IMG/VR virus record: IMGVR_UViG_3300035695_000002
Location: 1-64,000 of that record
Length of the DNA: 64,000 nt
Reading direction: 5' to 3' (one strand)
Source: a virus
Part shown: one piece after another, positions 17,683 through 28,460 of the stretch
Layout of the letters: every line of letters starts with the position of its first letter
How positions within the stretch are numbered: position 1 is the stretch's first letter
Notes under the pieces: generated by a model
What the model was told of the DNA's origin: nothing
Databases searched by the model: none
The model's input: only the letters and a program-made list of their open reading frames with translations
Made by a program: the position numbers and the translations under genes

Positions 17683-17721
17683 TTTATTATCTTATTAGAA
17701 ACCAATTAAACAAACAAAATT

Positions 17722-18174
17722 ATGGGAAAATTTAGATTAAATAGAGAGCAATTCAATAAATGGATAAAAGCTCTTAACTCAGGGAGATATAAACAGACAA
17801 CAGGACAATTACAAGATGAACATGGATATTGTTGTCTAGGAGTGGCATGTAAAGTGTTAATTCCTAAAAAGAAGCTTGTATTTGCGGAAGAAGGTGAATT
17901 TAACGATGAAGGAGAAGAAATATTCAAAAATACAGGATTGTTAGAAGGATATGAGCCAAAAGAACAACAATATGCTCCTAAATGGCTTGTAGATATAAAC
18001 AAAGATTTTGAAAATAAATACAGGGACGAGGATGGACATTTAAAAAGTTTAATAAACTTAAATGATGATGAGGGATATTCTTTCAAACAAATAGCAGAAG
18101 CTTTACAATTTACTTATCCTGAAAGAAAGAAAGCTAAAATATCTACTAAAAAACTGGTTAAAAAGAAGAAATAA
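17722..18174 (+). CDS. Phage protein of WIxALxSGxYKQ..YCCLGV family
   Basis: Motif shared with 28754..29092. Confidence 0.75.
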   Translation: MGKFRLNREQFNKWIKALNSGRYKQTTGQLQDEHGYCCLGVACKVLIPKKKLVFAEEGEFNDEGEEIFKNTGLLEGYEPKEQQYAPKWLVDINKDFENKYRDEDGHLKSLINLNDDEGYSFKQIAEALQFTYPERKKAKISTKKLVKKKK

Positions 18175-18175
18175 T

Positions 18176-20164
18176 ATGGATATAAAGGTTTTTTGCGGAG
18201 ATGTGGAAACATTAAAAGAACAATTTCTAATAGAAATCTTTATTCCAAAAACACAGGAATGGAAGGAGTTTGGTGTAAATAAATATGAGAACACACTAGA
18301 CTCCTTCCTTAAGTTTATAGAAGAATATAAAGAATACTATTTTGTTTCCTATAATGGACTTAGATTTGATAGTATTGTTGTAGAATACATAGTTAGAAAT
18401 CATGATAAATGGATAGATTGTAGCAATTTAGAGATATGTGCTAAAATATGCCAAAAAGCTCAAGATGTCATAGATGATGCCAATTATGAACTATTTCCTG
18501 AATATAGAGAATTTGAGCTATGTTTGAAGCAAATAGATTTAATGCGTGTCTCACATTTTGACAATAAAAACAGACTCGTCAGTCTTAAAAGATTGGAATT
18601 TGAGCTGGATTTAGAGAATATTGAAGAAATGCCTATTCACTTTCTAAAAGAAGGACTTACTATTGAGGAGGTGAATACAGTGAAATCTTATTGTAAGTCA
18701 GATGTTTGGGCTACTTATCAATTTTGGTTAGTATGTATAGGAGAAACCTCACATCCCATGTATAAGGAGAATAACCAAATACAGCTTAGGATGGATATTG
18801 AAACTGAATTTGGCATAAAATGCATGAATTTCTCAAATGCTAAAATCGGTGATGAAATCATTAAAAAATACTATTGTGAGACAAAAGGAATAGAATATAG
18901 AAATCTGCCTAAAAAGGGGATGTTCAGAAAGTCTATATTTTTGAAGAATTGTGTTCCTAAGAGTATAATATTTGAAACCAATCAATTACAGCTCTTTTTA
19001 AAGGAAATTAAAGCTAAAGAGCTTAAAATGAATGAGGACTTTGAGCATACAATTGAATTTTATGGTCAAAAATACACATTTGCTAAAGGAGGACTTCATA
19101 ATGTAATAGATGGTAAAACCTATGTTTCTGATGAAAATAATGATATTGTTGATATAGATGTAAGTGGATTCTATCCTGCTTCTATTATTAATGAAGCCTA
19201 CTATCCATATCATCTAGGAAAAGAGTTTCTAGTAGGGTATTCTAAGGTGTATTACAAAAGAATAGAGCTTAAACCATTAGCCAAGAAAGATAAGCGAATT
19301 AAGGGCATTGTGTTGGGTTTAAAGGAAGCAGGAAATTGTCCCTATGGTAAGAGTAGTGATATGCAAAGTTGGCTGTATGACAAGCAAATGACTCTTAGTG
19401 TCTGTATAACTGGAGAGCTATCCCTTTTGATGCTAATAGAGAAATGTGAATTAAGCGGCATTAAATGCATAATGGCTAATACTGATGGATGCTCATTTAT
19501 TGTTCCTAAGAACAAGTATGAAATATTCACTAATATTAAGAAAAAATGGCTTGAGAAAATATCAAATAGACTTTCCTATGAAACAGAGGAGGTGAAATAT
19601 GAAAAAATGGTGTTTTCTAACGTCAATTCTTATTTAGCTATTAAAGCGAACGACACTTCTGAAGACAGAGTTAAACTAAAAGGGGAATTTTTAAAGGATT
19701 GCGAGCTTCATAAGAACAAATCCAACCGCATAATAGCAATAGCACTAGAAAAGTGGTATGTAGATGGTATAAACATTGAAGAAACCATAAGAAACCATAA
19801 GAATATATACGATTTTTCTGCTAGAGCCAAAAGTAGCAAAGATTTCCATTATGAAGGAATATCCTCCAAAGGAACTAATATTTATAGGAAGCTAATAAGA
19901 TATTACATTTCTAATGAAGGGGAAAAACTCCTAAAAATAAAGAACCCTGAATGTTTAACAAATGCTGCTCCTGTTAGCCAAGTGAATGCAGGAGAATGGC
20001 TAGCTACCGTGTGTAATTTTCTTCCAAAAACAACAAAAATAGAAGATTGTAATTTAAATTACAGCTTCTACATTCAGAAAACACAAGAAATTTTAGATAA
20101 GATCAAATTAGAGGGCAAGAAAGCAGCTAAAAAACAACCAATTAACCAAACATCTCTATGGTGA
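18176..20164 (+). CDS. polB: Family B DNA polymerase
   Basis: Exo I/II/III (DVET, YNGLRFD, YCKSD); DVSGFYP, KxxxNxxYGK, NTDG. Confidence 0.95.
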   Translation: MDIKVFCGDVETLKEQFLIEIFIPKTQEWKEFGVNKYENTLDSFLKFIEEYKEYYFVSYNGLRFDSIVVEYIVRNHDKWIDCSNLEICAKICQKAQDVIDDANYELFPEYREFELCLKQIDLMRVSHFDNKNRLVSLKRLEFELDLENIEEMPIHFLKEGLTIEEVNTVKSYCKSDVWATYQFWLVCIGETSHPMYKENNQIQLRMDIETEFGIKCMNFSNAKIGDEIIKKYYCETKGIEYRNLPKKGMFRKSIFLKNCVPKSIIFETNQLQLFLKEIKAKELKMNEDFEHTIEFYGQKYTFAKGGLHNVIDGKTYVSDENNDIVDIDVSGFYPASIINEAYYPYHLGKEFLVGYSKVYYKRIELKPLAKKDKRIKGIVLGLKEAGNCPYGKSSDMQSWLYDKQMTLSVCITGELSLLMLIEKCELSGIKCIMANTDGCSFIVPKNKYEIFTNIKKKWLEKISNRLSYETEEVKYEKMVFSNVNSYLAIKANDTSEDRVKLKGEFLKDCELHKNKSNRIIAIALEKWYVDGINIEETIRNHKNIYDFSARAKSSKDFHYEGISSKGTNIYRKLIRYYISNEGEKLLKIKNPECLTNAAPVSQVNAGEWLATVCNFLPKTTKIEDCNLNYSFYIQKTQEILDKIKLEGKKAAKKQPINQTSLW

Positions 20165-20415
20165 TAAGTAGTAAATTTGTAAGAATTAGAAAACCTCATA
20201 GATGTTGGGGTTGTGCTATAGAATTTCCCAAGAACACCTTTATGGAGGCTCTTAATTGGGTGGAGGATGGAATAACCACCTATTATTGGTGTGAAATATG
20301 TAATGAATATTGGAAGAAGTATATGGATGGAGAATCGGACGGCATTTCTATGGGAGATTTAGCTGGAGAAGACCATTATCGAAATTTCAAAAAAGAAAAA
20401 CTAACTTTAACATGA
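20158..20415 (+). CDS. Small Zn-finger protein
   Basis: RKPHRCWGC...CEIC. Confidence 0.65.
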   Translation: MVISSKFVRIRKPHRCWGCAIEFPKNTFMEALNWVEDGITTYYWCEICNEYWKKYMDGESDGISMGDLAGEDHYRNFKKEKLTLT

Positions 20416-21503
20416 AAGAAATAAAACCTCATCACATTGACACATTTAATAATGGAGCATTTATTCCTAATATGTTCCTATTGGATGGAAATCCTACAAA
20501 ATGTATAACAGATGTGACAATTTCAGTAGATTATGACATAGACATTAAAAAGCTTGTAAAAGAGCTTGAAAAACTGTCTTTTTATATATTATTCAATAAG
20601 ATAAATTATGTAAAAAGGGATATTGAGCAAACTTCAGAAAGAGGATGGGTTAATCCTATTGATTCTCTCCCTGAATATCTAGCAAATGAACAGGGAACAT
20701 GTGTAATAGAATTCCATGCTTTTTATGAAGGAAGTAATGACAGTAACATTGTGATATGTTATATTGATAGTTATGATGCAAAGGATGTCACTAGTCTTCT
20801 ATTGAAATATAAGAAGAAAAAAGGAGAAAATCGTCATAATATATCATTCATTATAAAGAACAATAGAGGCCTTAGTCTAATAGAGAAACCTATTAGAAAG
20901 GAAAATATCCCCTTGGAAAACTACGATTTTACATTTTCTTATGAAAAGCTATTAAAATCATGTAATTCTCCAGATGGAGGACTAATATTGTTTTCGGGCA
21001 TACCAGGTACAGGAAAATCATGGTTTATTAGGCACTTAATAAGTGTTGTTAATAAGAAGTTTGTATATATTCCCACTAACACTGCTTCTATACTATCAGA
21101 TGAGGGATTTCTTCCGTTTGCCATTGAAAATTTAAAGGATTGTATATTAGTAATAGAAGATGCTGAAACTGTACTCATAGACAGACAGAAGGATATGAAT
21201 AGTGCGGCCTCTACAATACTAAATGTAACAGATGGTATATTAGGAGAAATATTGAATGCTAAAATATTAGCCACTATAAACGTAGCTGAAAATATAGACC
21301 ATGCTTTATTGAGAAAAGGTAGGCTTTTAGCTAAAGTGAACTTTGACAAACTTCCAACAGACAAGGCTAACATTGTATTAAAAAGGCTGAAAAAGAAGAA
21401 TGTGGTAGAAGAACCCACTATATTAGCTGATTTGTATACAATGGGAGAAGATAATGGAGGAGAGAATAGGAAAGAAAGAAAAATAGGATTTAGAGTAAAA
21501 TAA
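20412..21503 (+). CDS. AAA+ ATPase
   Basis: GIPGTGKS, LVIEDAE, DHALLRKGR, C-terminal KIGF. Confidence 0.9.
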   Translation: MKEIKPHHIDTFNNGAFIPNMFLLDGNPTKCITDVTISVDYDIDIKKLVKELEKLSFYILFNKINYVKRDIEQTSERGWVNPIDSLPEYLANEQGTCVIEFHAFYEGSNDSNIVICYIDSYDAKDVTSLLLKYKKKKGENRHNISFIIKNNRGLSLIEKPIRKENIPLENYDFTFSYEKLLKSCNSPDGGLILFSGIPGTGKSWFIRHLISVVNKKFVYIPTNTASILSDEGFLPFAIENLKDCILVIEDAETVLIDRQKDMNSAASTILNVTDGILGEILNAKILATINVAENIDHALLRKGRLLAKVNFDKLPTDKANIVLKRLKKKNVVEEPTILADLYTMGEDNGGENRKERKIGFRVK

Positions 21504-21588
21504 CTATGGCAACTGTAATATTTTTATTGTTATTTATGCTCCTTCTCACTATATTTACGCATAATAAACCTAAAGGAGGGCTTGAAAC

Positions 21589-21843
21589 ATGAAGGTGAGA
21601 AGGGAAAATTTAGCCAATCATCTTATTTCTTATCAACTAAAGATGATTGATAAGACTCCTAAAGATGCTTTTAAGGATAAGGAATGGTCATATAAATGGA
21701 CCATTCCTGAAGCCAAATATAAAGAATTTAGGAAATATGCATTAAATACTATTATGAAGGTGCTTAAATGTTCTCCTAGGAAAGCTAGAGGTATATTTGG
21801 AGCATTATATTTTTGTTTTGGACTTAATATTGAAAAATCATGA
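21589..21843 (+). CDS. Hypothetical protein
   Basis: ORF. Confidence 0.65.
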   Translation: MKVRRENLANHLISYQLKMIDKTPKDAFKDKEWSYKWTIPEAKYKEFRKYALNTIMKVLKCSPRKARGIFGALYFCFGLNIEKS

Positions 21844-22139
21844 AACTGACAAAAAAAGAAAGAAATAAGTATTATAAGAGAGCTATACGAAGAGTAAAGA
21901 AAGGCAAACATTATGAAAGATTTATATGTATAGCTCTTAGAAATATAGTTAATGATGATAAAGATGGATATTTTATATCATCAAGCGAAATTCCTGTAAT
22001 ATTTAAAGAGTTTGGTAAGAGAATAACTAAAATGGGGGAGTGTTGGATAAGTGGAAGATGGTGGCCTGAAGAAGATATTAAAAGCAGAGTTAAAGTACTT
22101 AATCAATGTATTAAAGAAACTAATCCTAAAACCAAATAA
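21840..22139 (+). CDS. Hypothetical protein
   Basis: FICIAL..WW..R motif. Confidence 0.65.
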   Translation: MKLTKKERNKYYKRAIRRVKKGKHYERFICIALRNIVNDDKDGYFISSSEIPVIFKEFGKRITKMGECWISGRWWPEEDIKSRVKVLNQCIKETNPKTK

Positions 22140-22141
22140 CT

Positions 22142-22342
22142 ATGAGAAATGAAGACTTTCTAGATCAAGAGGACGATTATTATAGAGAACAGGCATATTT
22201 GAATGCAGAAGCCGAATTTGAAGAATGGAAATGGGTTCAGGAGCAGATTAAATTCGATGCTGAAAGAAAACCTGCAAGAATTTTCGTAAAACGTGAAGAA
22301 CAGATAACTATAGAAAATGATAAAACAACAATTGACTTTTAG
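22142..22342 (+). CDS. Small acidic hypothetical protein
   Basis: ORF. Confidence 0.6.
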   Translation: MRNEDFLDQEDDYYREQAYLNAEAEFEEWKWVQEQIKFDAERKPARIFVKREEQITIENDKTTIDF

Positions 22343-22949
22343 CCAGTTTCGGGAATTGCATAAAAAAGGCTATTCTGCCGATATTGCACTTTTTCTGCAA
22401 TATATAGAAGAAGGAGAAGATGTCAATGAAATAGCCAAAGATGTGCCTAAATTAGGGAATATTGTACAATCTCTTCGCAGAAAAGGTCTAATAACAGAAG
22501 ACAATAAGGTTACGCTGGAGGGGAAGGAAATACTATCCTTCCTCTCTACAAAAGAGAGTAAAAAGATAGTTAAAAAGAAAAAGGGAGAAGATCATGATTT
22601 CCTTCTATGGTGGTCACATTATCCTTCTACAGATGATTTTACCCATAAAGGGAGACATTTTGCTGGTACAAGGGGACTTAGGAGTAAAAAGGATGATTGT
22701 AGGATAAAGCTCAATAAAATCCTTGGAGAAGGACAATTTACACTAGAGGAGATGATAAAAGCTCTAGATTTTGAAGTAGAGCAAAAGAAGGAGAATAGTG
22801 TAAAAACAGGTCAAAATAAGCTCTCCTATCTTCAAAACTCAATGACTTATCTAAACCAATACTCCTATGAGAACTATATTGATTTAATTAGAAAAGGTAC
22901 TAAAATGGAGAAATCTCCACAAACGGATTATGATGGAGTCAATATTTGA
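22317..22949 (+). CDS. Putative replication initiator / helicase loader
   Basis: wHTH-like N-terminus, F..WW..YP and TYLNQ motifs; overlaps helicase gene. Confidence 0.55.
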   Translation: MIKQQLTFSQFRELHKKGYSADIALFLQYIEEGEDVNEIAKDVPKLGNIVQSLRRKGLITEDNKVTLEGKEILSFLSTKESKKIVKKKKGEDHDFLLWWSHYPSTDDFTHKGRHFAGTRGLRSKKDDCRIKLNKILGEGQFTLEEMIKALDFEVEQKKENSVKTGQNKLSYLQNSMTYLNQYSYENYIDLIRKGTKMEKSPQTDYDGVNI

Positions 22950-24027
22950 TAAACTTAATAAAGAAATTACAGAAGGTATAGAAGGGAAAAATCAATCTCT
23001 TCCTATAGGGCTTCCTAAACTAGGTAGATATGCTAATATAAGAAAAAGAATTTTGACTCTTATAATGTCCACCACAGGGGCAGGAAAAAGTAGTATGGTA
23101 GATCATATGATGTTAAGTGCTTGCGATAGTTATATGAATAGTCCTTCAGAGTTCAAATTAAAGCCTGATTTTCAGCTATTTTCAATGGAAAGGAATAAAA
23201 CTATTAGAATAGCTAAATGGATATTATATTTCATATTTAAGAATGAGGGAGTGGAAATCGAACTTCCTAAGATGTTAGGTTGGTGGGACGAGAAACTATC
23301 TAAAGAGGAACATTCACTGATCATGAGTCAAAAAAAGTATATTGACTGCCTTTTAAATGATTACATTACTATTTATGAAGGAGCCAAAACACCCAATGAG
23401 ATATATAGAATACTAAAAGATCATTTTGAAGAGATTGGAATATATGACGTTGTAAAAGTTAAAGGGAAAGATGAAAAGATATACATTCCGAATAATTCCA
23501 ATATTGTAACTTCTCCTATATTTGATCATGGAAATCTAACTAAAACCACTCAAGCTCTACCTACTAAGAAACAATCTATAGATAAATTGGTAGAATACGC
23601 TCAAAATTTCAGAGATTTAGAACAGGCTGCTCCTATATGGGTGAGTCAAGTTAATAGATCTATATCAGGAATTAGCAGAATGAAAGATGGGGAACACGAA
23701 CTAGTATTGGAGGATGCTAAAGAATCGGGAGATATAGGCGATGCATGTGATATTGCTATTTCTCTATTTGATGCAGCTAAATATTCTCAATCTTCCAAAA
23801 CTGGCTATAATCCAACAGATTTTATAGATAAAAATAATGGAAAGAATTATTTTAGAAGTGCTCAAATCCTAAAAAGCAGCTACGGAGCCGATTCTTTGCG
23901 CATTCCGATAGCTTTTAATGGGTTTTGTGGGCAACTGAAAGAACTTCCTAAGAAGGCGGATTTGAACGATGGTCAATATCAAGATTTAATCACTTCTATA
24001 CTAAATAAAACATATTTTTTATCTTAG
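22930..24027 (+). CDS. dnaB: DnaB-like replicative helicase
   Basis: TGAGKS, FSME, SQVNR, ESGDI. Confidence 0.85.
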   Translation: MMESIFDKLNKEITEGIEGKNQSLPIGLPKLGRYANIRKRILTLIMSTTGAGKSSMVDHMMLSACDSYMNSPSEFKLKPDFQLFSMERNKTIRIAKWILYFIFKNEGVEIELPKMLGWWDEKLSKEEHSLIMSQKKYIDCLLNDYITIYEGAKTPNEIYRILKDHFEEIGIYDVVKVKGKDEKIYIPNNSNIVTSPIFDHGNLTKTTQALPTKKQSIDKLVEYAQNFRDLEQAAPIWVSQVNRSISGISRMKDGEHELVLEDAKESGDIGDACDIAISLFDAAKYSQSSKTGYNPTDFIDKNNGKNYFRSAQILKSSYGADSLRIPIAFNGFCGQLKELPKKADLNDGQYQDLITSILNKTYFLS

Positions 24028-24031
24028 TTTA

Positions 24032-24063
24032 TTTGGATATTATGCTTTTATTATATATCTTTA
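24032..24063 (+). promoter_or_regulatory. Near-consensus Bacteroidota promoter just upstream of ATG
   Basis: TTTG-N20-TATCTTTA; ATG at 24068. Confidence 0.6.
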
Positions 24064-24067
24064 CATT

Positions 24068-24727
24068 ATGATAAGAATAAATTATAATAAAGGAGATATA
24101 ATAGGAAAATTAATCTTCTTGGAAGATGTAAATATTAAAAAAGGGTCTAGGAAGGCATTTTTTCAATGTCCTTTATGTCAAAATCAATTCAAAACAGAGA
24201 TTTCTAGAGCCAAGTCCTTGAGAACCGTATCTTGTGGTTGCTACAGAAAGATAAACTCCTCAATTATCCATACAACTCATGGTCAGGTAAAAGGTGGTAA
24301 AATGTCTCCTGAATATGTATCTTGGCAAAGAGCTATTCAAAGATGTCAAAATCCTAATTATGGAGGATATAAAAATTATGGAGGGAAAGGGATAAAAGTG
24401 TGCGACAGGTGGAAATATTCATTTTCTGATTTTCTACAAGATATGGGTAAAAAACCATTTAAATCAGCTCAAATTGATAGAATAGACAGTAATGGAAACT
24501 ACGAACCTTCAAACTGTAGATGGGTAAGTTGTAAAGAAAATGCTAGAAATAGATCAAATAATTTAGTAATATCATGGAATGGAGAAAATAAGACTCTTTC
24601 TGAATGGTCTGAAATTCTTAAATTGGACAAAAATACATTAAGAAATAGATTATATTCTAAGAATTGGACATTAGAAGAATCTATGACAACCCCTTTATTT
24701 AAAAAAGGACAAAAACGAAACTTATGA
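24068..24727 (+). CDS. HNH-type homing endonuclease
   Basis: SCGC, RC.NPN, YGGKGIKVCDRW, IDRIDSNGNYEPSNCRW. Confidence 0.85.
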   Translation: MIRINYNKGDIIGKLIFLEDVNIKKGSRKAFFQCPLCQNQFKTEISRAKSLRTVSCGCYRKINSSIIHTTHGQVKGGKMSPEYVSWQRAIQRCQNPNYGGYKNYGGKGIKVCDRWKYSFSDFLQDMGKKPFKSAQIDRIDSNGNYEPSNCRWVSCKENARNRSNNLVISWNGENKTLSEWSEILKLDKNTLRNRLYSKNWTLEESMTTPLFKKGQKRNL

Positions 24728-24892
24728 AAACAATAATTTTATCAATATGTTCCTAAGAAGTAAGATTAAACAAAAATTCTTGGTGATAAAATATATATTT
24801 CTCTCCTATATTAGGAAAGAATATTGTTTTAATAAATACACCAGACCTAATGCTAAATTGATAGATTTGTATAAAATGATAAAATTACACAT

Positions 24893-25144
24893 ATGACTCG
24901 TGAGCAATATATCGAAGCTAGAAAAACAAATTCTATAGAAATCATGTATGATTATTATAGGGAACATTGGACGGAAGAGATTCAAAAGAAACATAAAATA
25001 CTCCTTGAATTTAAAGAATTTGTAGAATTCATACAAATGTATCCAGGTATACAGAATGCATTTAATGTTTCTTGTGAATATTATGATGCTAAATTTGCTA
25101 TTCTCAAGGTATTTCTAAAAGACAATAAAATATTATTTATATGA
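24893..25144 (+). CDS. Hypothetical protein
   Basis: ORF. Confidence 0.65.
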   Translation: MTREQYIEARKTNSIEIMYDYYREHWTEEIQKKHKILLEFKEFVEFIQMYPGIQNAFNVSCEYYDAKFAILKVFLKDNKILFI

Positions 25145-25446
25145 GAAATTTAGACAAAGAATCAAAAAATGAACTAGATGTTAAGTTTAAACCTTATTTC
25201 GATAAGCTTATAACTTACACTAAAAAGAATGGTATAGATACTATATTTGGAGAATGGAATGTGACTTTTACTAAAGAAGGAAAAGGTTTATCTATTTCTT
25301 ATAATTATCTTTATAGACAATCTGGAATATCAAAAGTTCACAAAGAACTTACAGAAAGTATGATTGAACTAGTAGATGTGACAGATGAAATGTTTTATAA
25401 TAATTATATAAAGACAATTATTGACCTAAATTTTCTTAAAAAATGA
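25141..25446 (+). CDS. Hypothetical protein
   Basis: ORF. Confidence 0.6.
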   Translation: MRNLDKESKNELDVKFKPYFDKLITYTKKNGIDTIFGEWNVTFTKEGKGLSISYNYLYRQSGISKVHKELTESMIELVDVTDEMFYNNYIKTIIDLNFLKK

Positions 25447-25655
25447 TAACATTTGCATGGATAGTGGTCTATTTAATAGGCTTTGGAATAGTATGGAAAC
25501 TTGACGATGGATCATATACAGGTGCTCCTATATTGAAAAATAGTGTAGAAAACTTAAGAAAAAGGCTAATATTATCACTATTTTCGTGGGTGATAGCACT
25601 TCCTTTCTTCATAATCTACCTCATAGCAGGAATAATTGATAAAGATAATTTATGA
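25443..25655 (+). CDS. Small membrane protein
   Basis: Two hydrophobic segments. Confidence 0.6.
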   Translation: MITFAWIVVYLIGFGIVWKLDDGSYTGAPILKNSVENLRKRLILSLFSWVIALPFFIIYLIAGIIDKDNL

Positions 25656-25836
25656 AAAGAACTGATTTTTTGAAAATATTAGCAGTTCCTCTTATAGTTC
25701 CATTTATACCAGATGAGAAGAAAGAAGAGGATATTAAACCTGTTTATAAAATGAGAGCAGGGGATATAGCCTATTTTGATGGTAAAATATTTCATCCAGT
25801 AAATACAGCTTATTCAGAACAATAAATATATAAACT

Positions 25837-26505
25837 ATGAAAATTTGGGCAATTAGCGATACACACGGAATGCATAGGAGAGCTATAGTTCCAGAGAACA
25901 TAGATTGTGTTATACATAGTGGTGATAGTACAAATTACAAAGATTTATTAAGAAATGAGGTAGAATTTAGAGACTTTCTTGATTGGTACAGTAAAATAGA
26001 TGTAAGACATAAAATTCTTATAGCTGGAAATCACGATGCTTGGGCTACTAAACTCTATTTGAAAGAAATGGTGGAGGAAGCAGATATTGTCTACCTAGAA
26101 CACGAATCTCATAATGTAGAGGGAATATCCATATTTGGAAGTCCTTATACACCAAATTTCCGTGATTGGTATTTCATGAAAGATAGAGGAAAATTAGATA
26201 GGTGGTGGCAAGAAATCCCTGAAAATACTGATATTTTAGTAACACACGGTCCTCCACAGGGAATATTAGACCTATCTAGAGATAGATTTAACAATCTTGA
26301 ATATCGCGGAGATAAGTCTCTTTTAAGACACGTTAATAGAGTAAAGCCAAAATATCACATATTTGGGCACTTACATGACTTTGAAGACTGTTTAAATTAT
26401 GGAATCCGTAAAATAGATGATATTACATTTATGAATGTATCTTCTGTCGAAGACGGTCGTTTTGATAAAGGATTGATTCATAATGGTATTGTCTTTGAAA
26501 TATGA
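25837..26505 (+). CDS. Calcineurin-like metallophosphoesterase
   Basis: SDTHG, GD, GNHD, HGPP, GHLH. Confidence 0.92.
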   Translation: MKIWAISDTHGMHRRAIVPENIDCVIHSGDSTNYKDLLRNEVEFRDFLDWYSKIDVRHKILIAGNHDAWATKLYLKEMVEEADIVYLEHESHNVEGISIFGSPYTPNFRDWYFMKDRGKLDRWWQEIPENTDILVTHGPPQGILDLSRDRFNNLEYRGDKSLLRHVNRVKPKYHIFGHLHDFEDCLNYGIRKIDDITFMNVSSVEDGRFDKGLIHNGIVFEI

Positions 26506-26954
26506 AAAAAACTTGTAATAAATGTAATATAGAGTATAATGTAACTAACTTCTTTTGTAGAAACAAGAAGAAAAGATATTATTCTCCTTACTGTAAATTA
26601 TGTTTTATGAGAATAAATAATGATTATAAGGAAAAGAATAAAGAAAAAATAAAAGCAATAAAAAAGAAAGAATATCTGAAAAATAAGAATAGGTATATAG
26701 ATAGAGTGTTATATAGAAAATATGGTATATCTTTAGAAGAATATAATACAATGTTGAAAATTCAAAATTATAGATGTTTTATTTGTAATAAACATCAAGA
26801 TGAATGTTCTAAAAATTTAGCTGTAGATCATAATCATAAAACTGGCAAAGTTAGAAAACTATTATGCAGAGAATGTAATTCCATACTCGGATACTCAAAA
26901 GAGGATATTAATATACTTGAAAATTGTATAAAATATATAAATATAAATATTTGA
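26502..26954 (+). CDS. Endonuclease VII-like homing endonuclease
   Basis: YGISLEEY..Q..RC.IC..LAVDHNH.TG.VR.LLC..CN. Confidence 0.88.
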   Translation: MKKTCNKCNIEYNVTNFFCRNKKKRYYSPYCKLCFMRINNDYKEKNKEKIKAIKKKEYLKNKNRYIDRVLYRKYGISLEEYNTMLKIQNYRCFICNKHQDECSKNLAVDHNHKTGKVRKLLCRECNSILGYSKEDINILENCIKYININI

Positions 26955-26957
26955 AAT

Positions 26958-27239
26958 ATGATAGAATATTTAATTACAGTTTGTGGAATAAACCGTATAT
27001 CTGAAATAAAGGATGGATGGTTTAGATGGAAAGGGAAAATGATGACTAAAAATTGTCAATCTAAGCCTCTAACTAAGGTTAAAGTGAGACATAAAGAGGA
27101 TAGTACAATTACAGGAGTAGCTCAAGAATATGGTTTATTAGAAACAGGCTACCTCTATGTTTATTGGGATAGAATACCCTCAAATAAACCTAGACCTTAT
27201 ACATTTGAACATATTGATAATTTAATATTTGAAGAATGA
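26958..27239 (+). CDS. Hypothetical protein
   Basis: ORF. Confidence 0.6.
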   Translation: MIEYLITVCGINRISEIKDGWFRWKGKMMTKNCQSKPLTKVKVRHKEDSTITGVAQEYGLLETGYLYVYWDRIPSNKPRPYTFEHIDNLIFEE

Positions 27240-28306
27240 ATCAAGATGAATTACAAGCTGATGTTATTAAGAAATCCTTAGAGTTCTATAAGGATTATAG
27301 GAAGGGATGGTTGGATTTAGCTATGAGGGCAGGAAAAACACGTATTTCTATTGAAATAATAAGAAATATGTTCCCTCATAGCTGCAAACTTCTTATAGCC
27401 TATCCAGATAATAAGCTAAAAGATACATGGAAAGAGGAGATGATTAAGTGGAAGTATGATAATATTGACATTACCTACACCAATTTCAGCTCTCTAAAGA
27501 AACATGTTAGTGGATGGTGGCAATTCTTCATTTGTGATGAATTTCACTCCTTAAGTGAAAATGAAGCTAGTTTAGTAGATCAAATATCTGCTGGATACAC
27601 ACTCTTCTTATCTGGAACTATAAGCAAGGAAACTAAGCAAAAATGGCCTAAATTTAGAGAAATATACAGATATACCACTTCTCAAGGAATTGATAATTCT
27701 ATTCTGGCTAATTATACTATTACAGTACATTTAGTAGATTTAGATAACACTATCAAAACTCCTAATAAGAAAGGGAAAATGCTCTCAGAGAAACAGAAAT
27801 ATGACAATTATACATACGTTATTCAACAAATGAAATATAATGGTCAAAATTCTATGCATTTGGCTTTAGCCAGGAACAGATTATCCCTATCCTCCATTGG
27901 AAAAGTAGAATATACTAAAAAACTTCTAAATAAATTAAATGATAAAAGAGTATTAGTGTTCACAGGACTTGCCGATGTAGCTGACAGCTTGGATATATAC
28001 TCCTATCATTCTAAAAGTACAGAAGATGGACATTTTAAGGCTTTCCTAGCTAGTAAGTTAAATCATTTAGCATTGGCTGAAATGGGAAAAATGGGTGTAA
28101 CTTACCCTATGTTAGATAGTGTAATTCTTCTCAATTTCACATATAATGCTGAAATGAGCAGTCAACTATTAAATAGAGCTATTAATCTCGACTATAAGGG
28201 AAAAATAGCAGATTTACATGTAATATGTTTAAATGAATCTCCAGAGCTTAAAAAGGTAAAAGAATCATTGAGTATGCTAGATTCATCCAAAATAAAATAT
28301 ATATGA
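27236..28306 (+). CDS. Superfamily 2 (DEAD/H-like) helicase
   Basis: RAGKT, DEFH, SGT, QLLNR. Confidence 0.85.
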   Translation: MNQDELQADVIKKSLEFYKDYRKGWLDLAMRAGKTRISIEIIRNMFPHSCKLLIAYPDNKLKDTWKEEMIKWKYDNIDITYTNFSSLKKHVSGWWQFFICDEFHSLSENEASLVDQISAGYTLFLSGTISKETKQKWPKFREIYRYTTSQGIDNSILANYTITVHLVDLDNTIKTPNKKGKMLSEKQKYDNYTYVIQQMKYNGQNSMHLALARNRLSLSSIGKVEYTKKLLNKLNDKRVLVFTGLADVADSLDIYSYHSKSTEDGHFKAFLASKLNHLALAEMGKMGVTYPMLDSVILLNFTYNAEMSSQLLNRAINLDYKGKIADLHVICLNESPELKKVKESLSMLDSSKIKYI

Positions 28307-28460
28307 AATTTGAAGAATTACCTAAAGAAGACTTAGCTTTGGCTTTGATTCTAAAAAGAAATCAAATGAAGAGAGAAACTTGGATAAAAAATGTTCAGAA
28401 AGTGTATCCTGAAATGACATTAGAGGAAATAGAGAAATTACATGATAAAATCTTCAAAAA

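Noticed and set aside
19779-19803. 10-bp tandem repeat AAGAAACCAT inside polB as a phase-variation site
   Set aside because: Only 2.5 units, encoding ordinary sequence (ETIRNHKN) in an essential gene; likely chance
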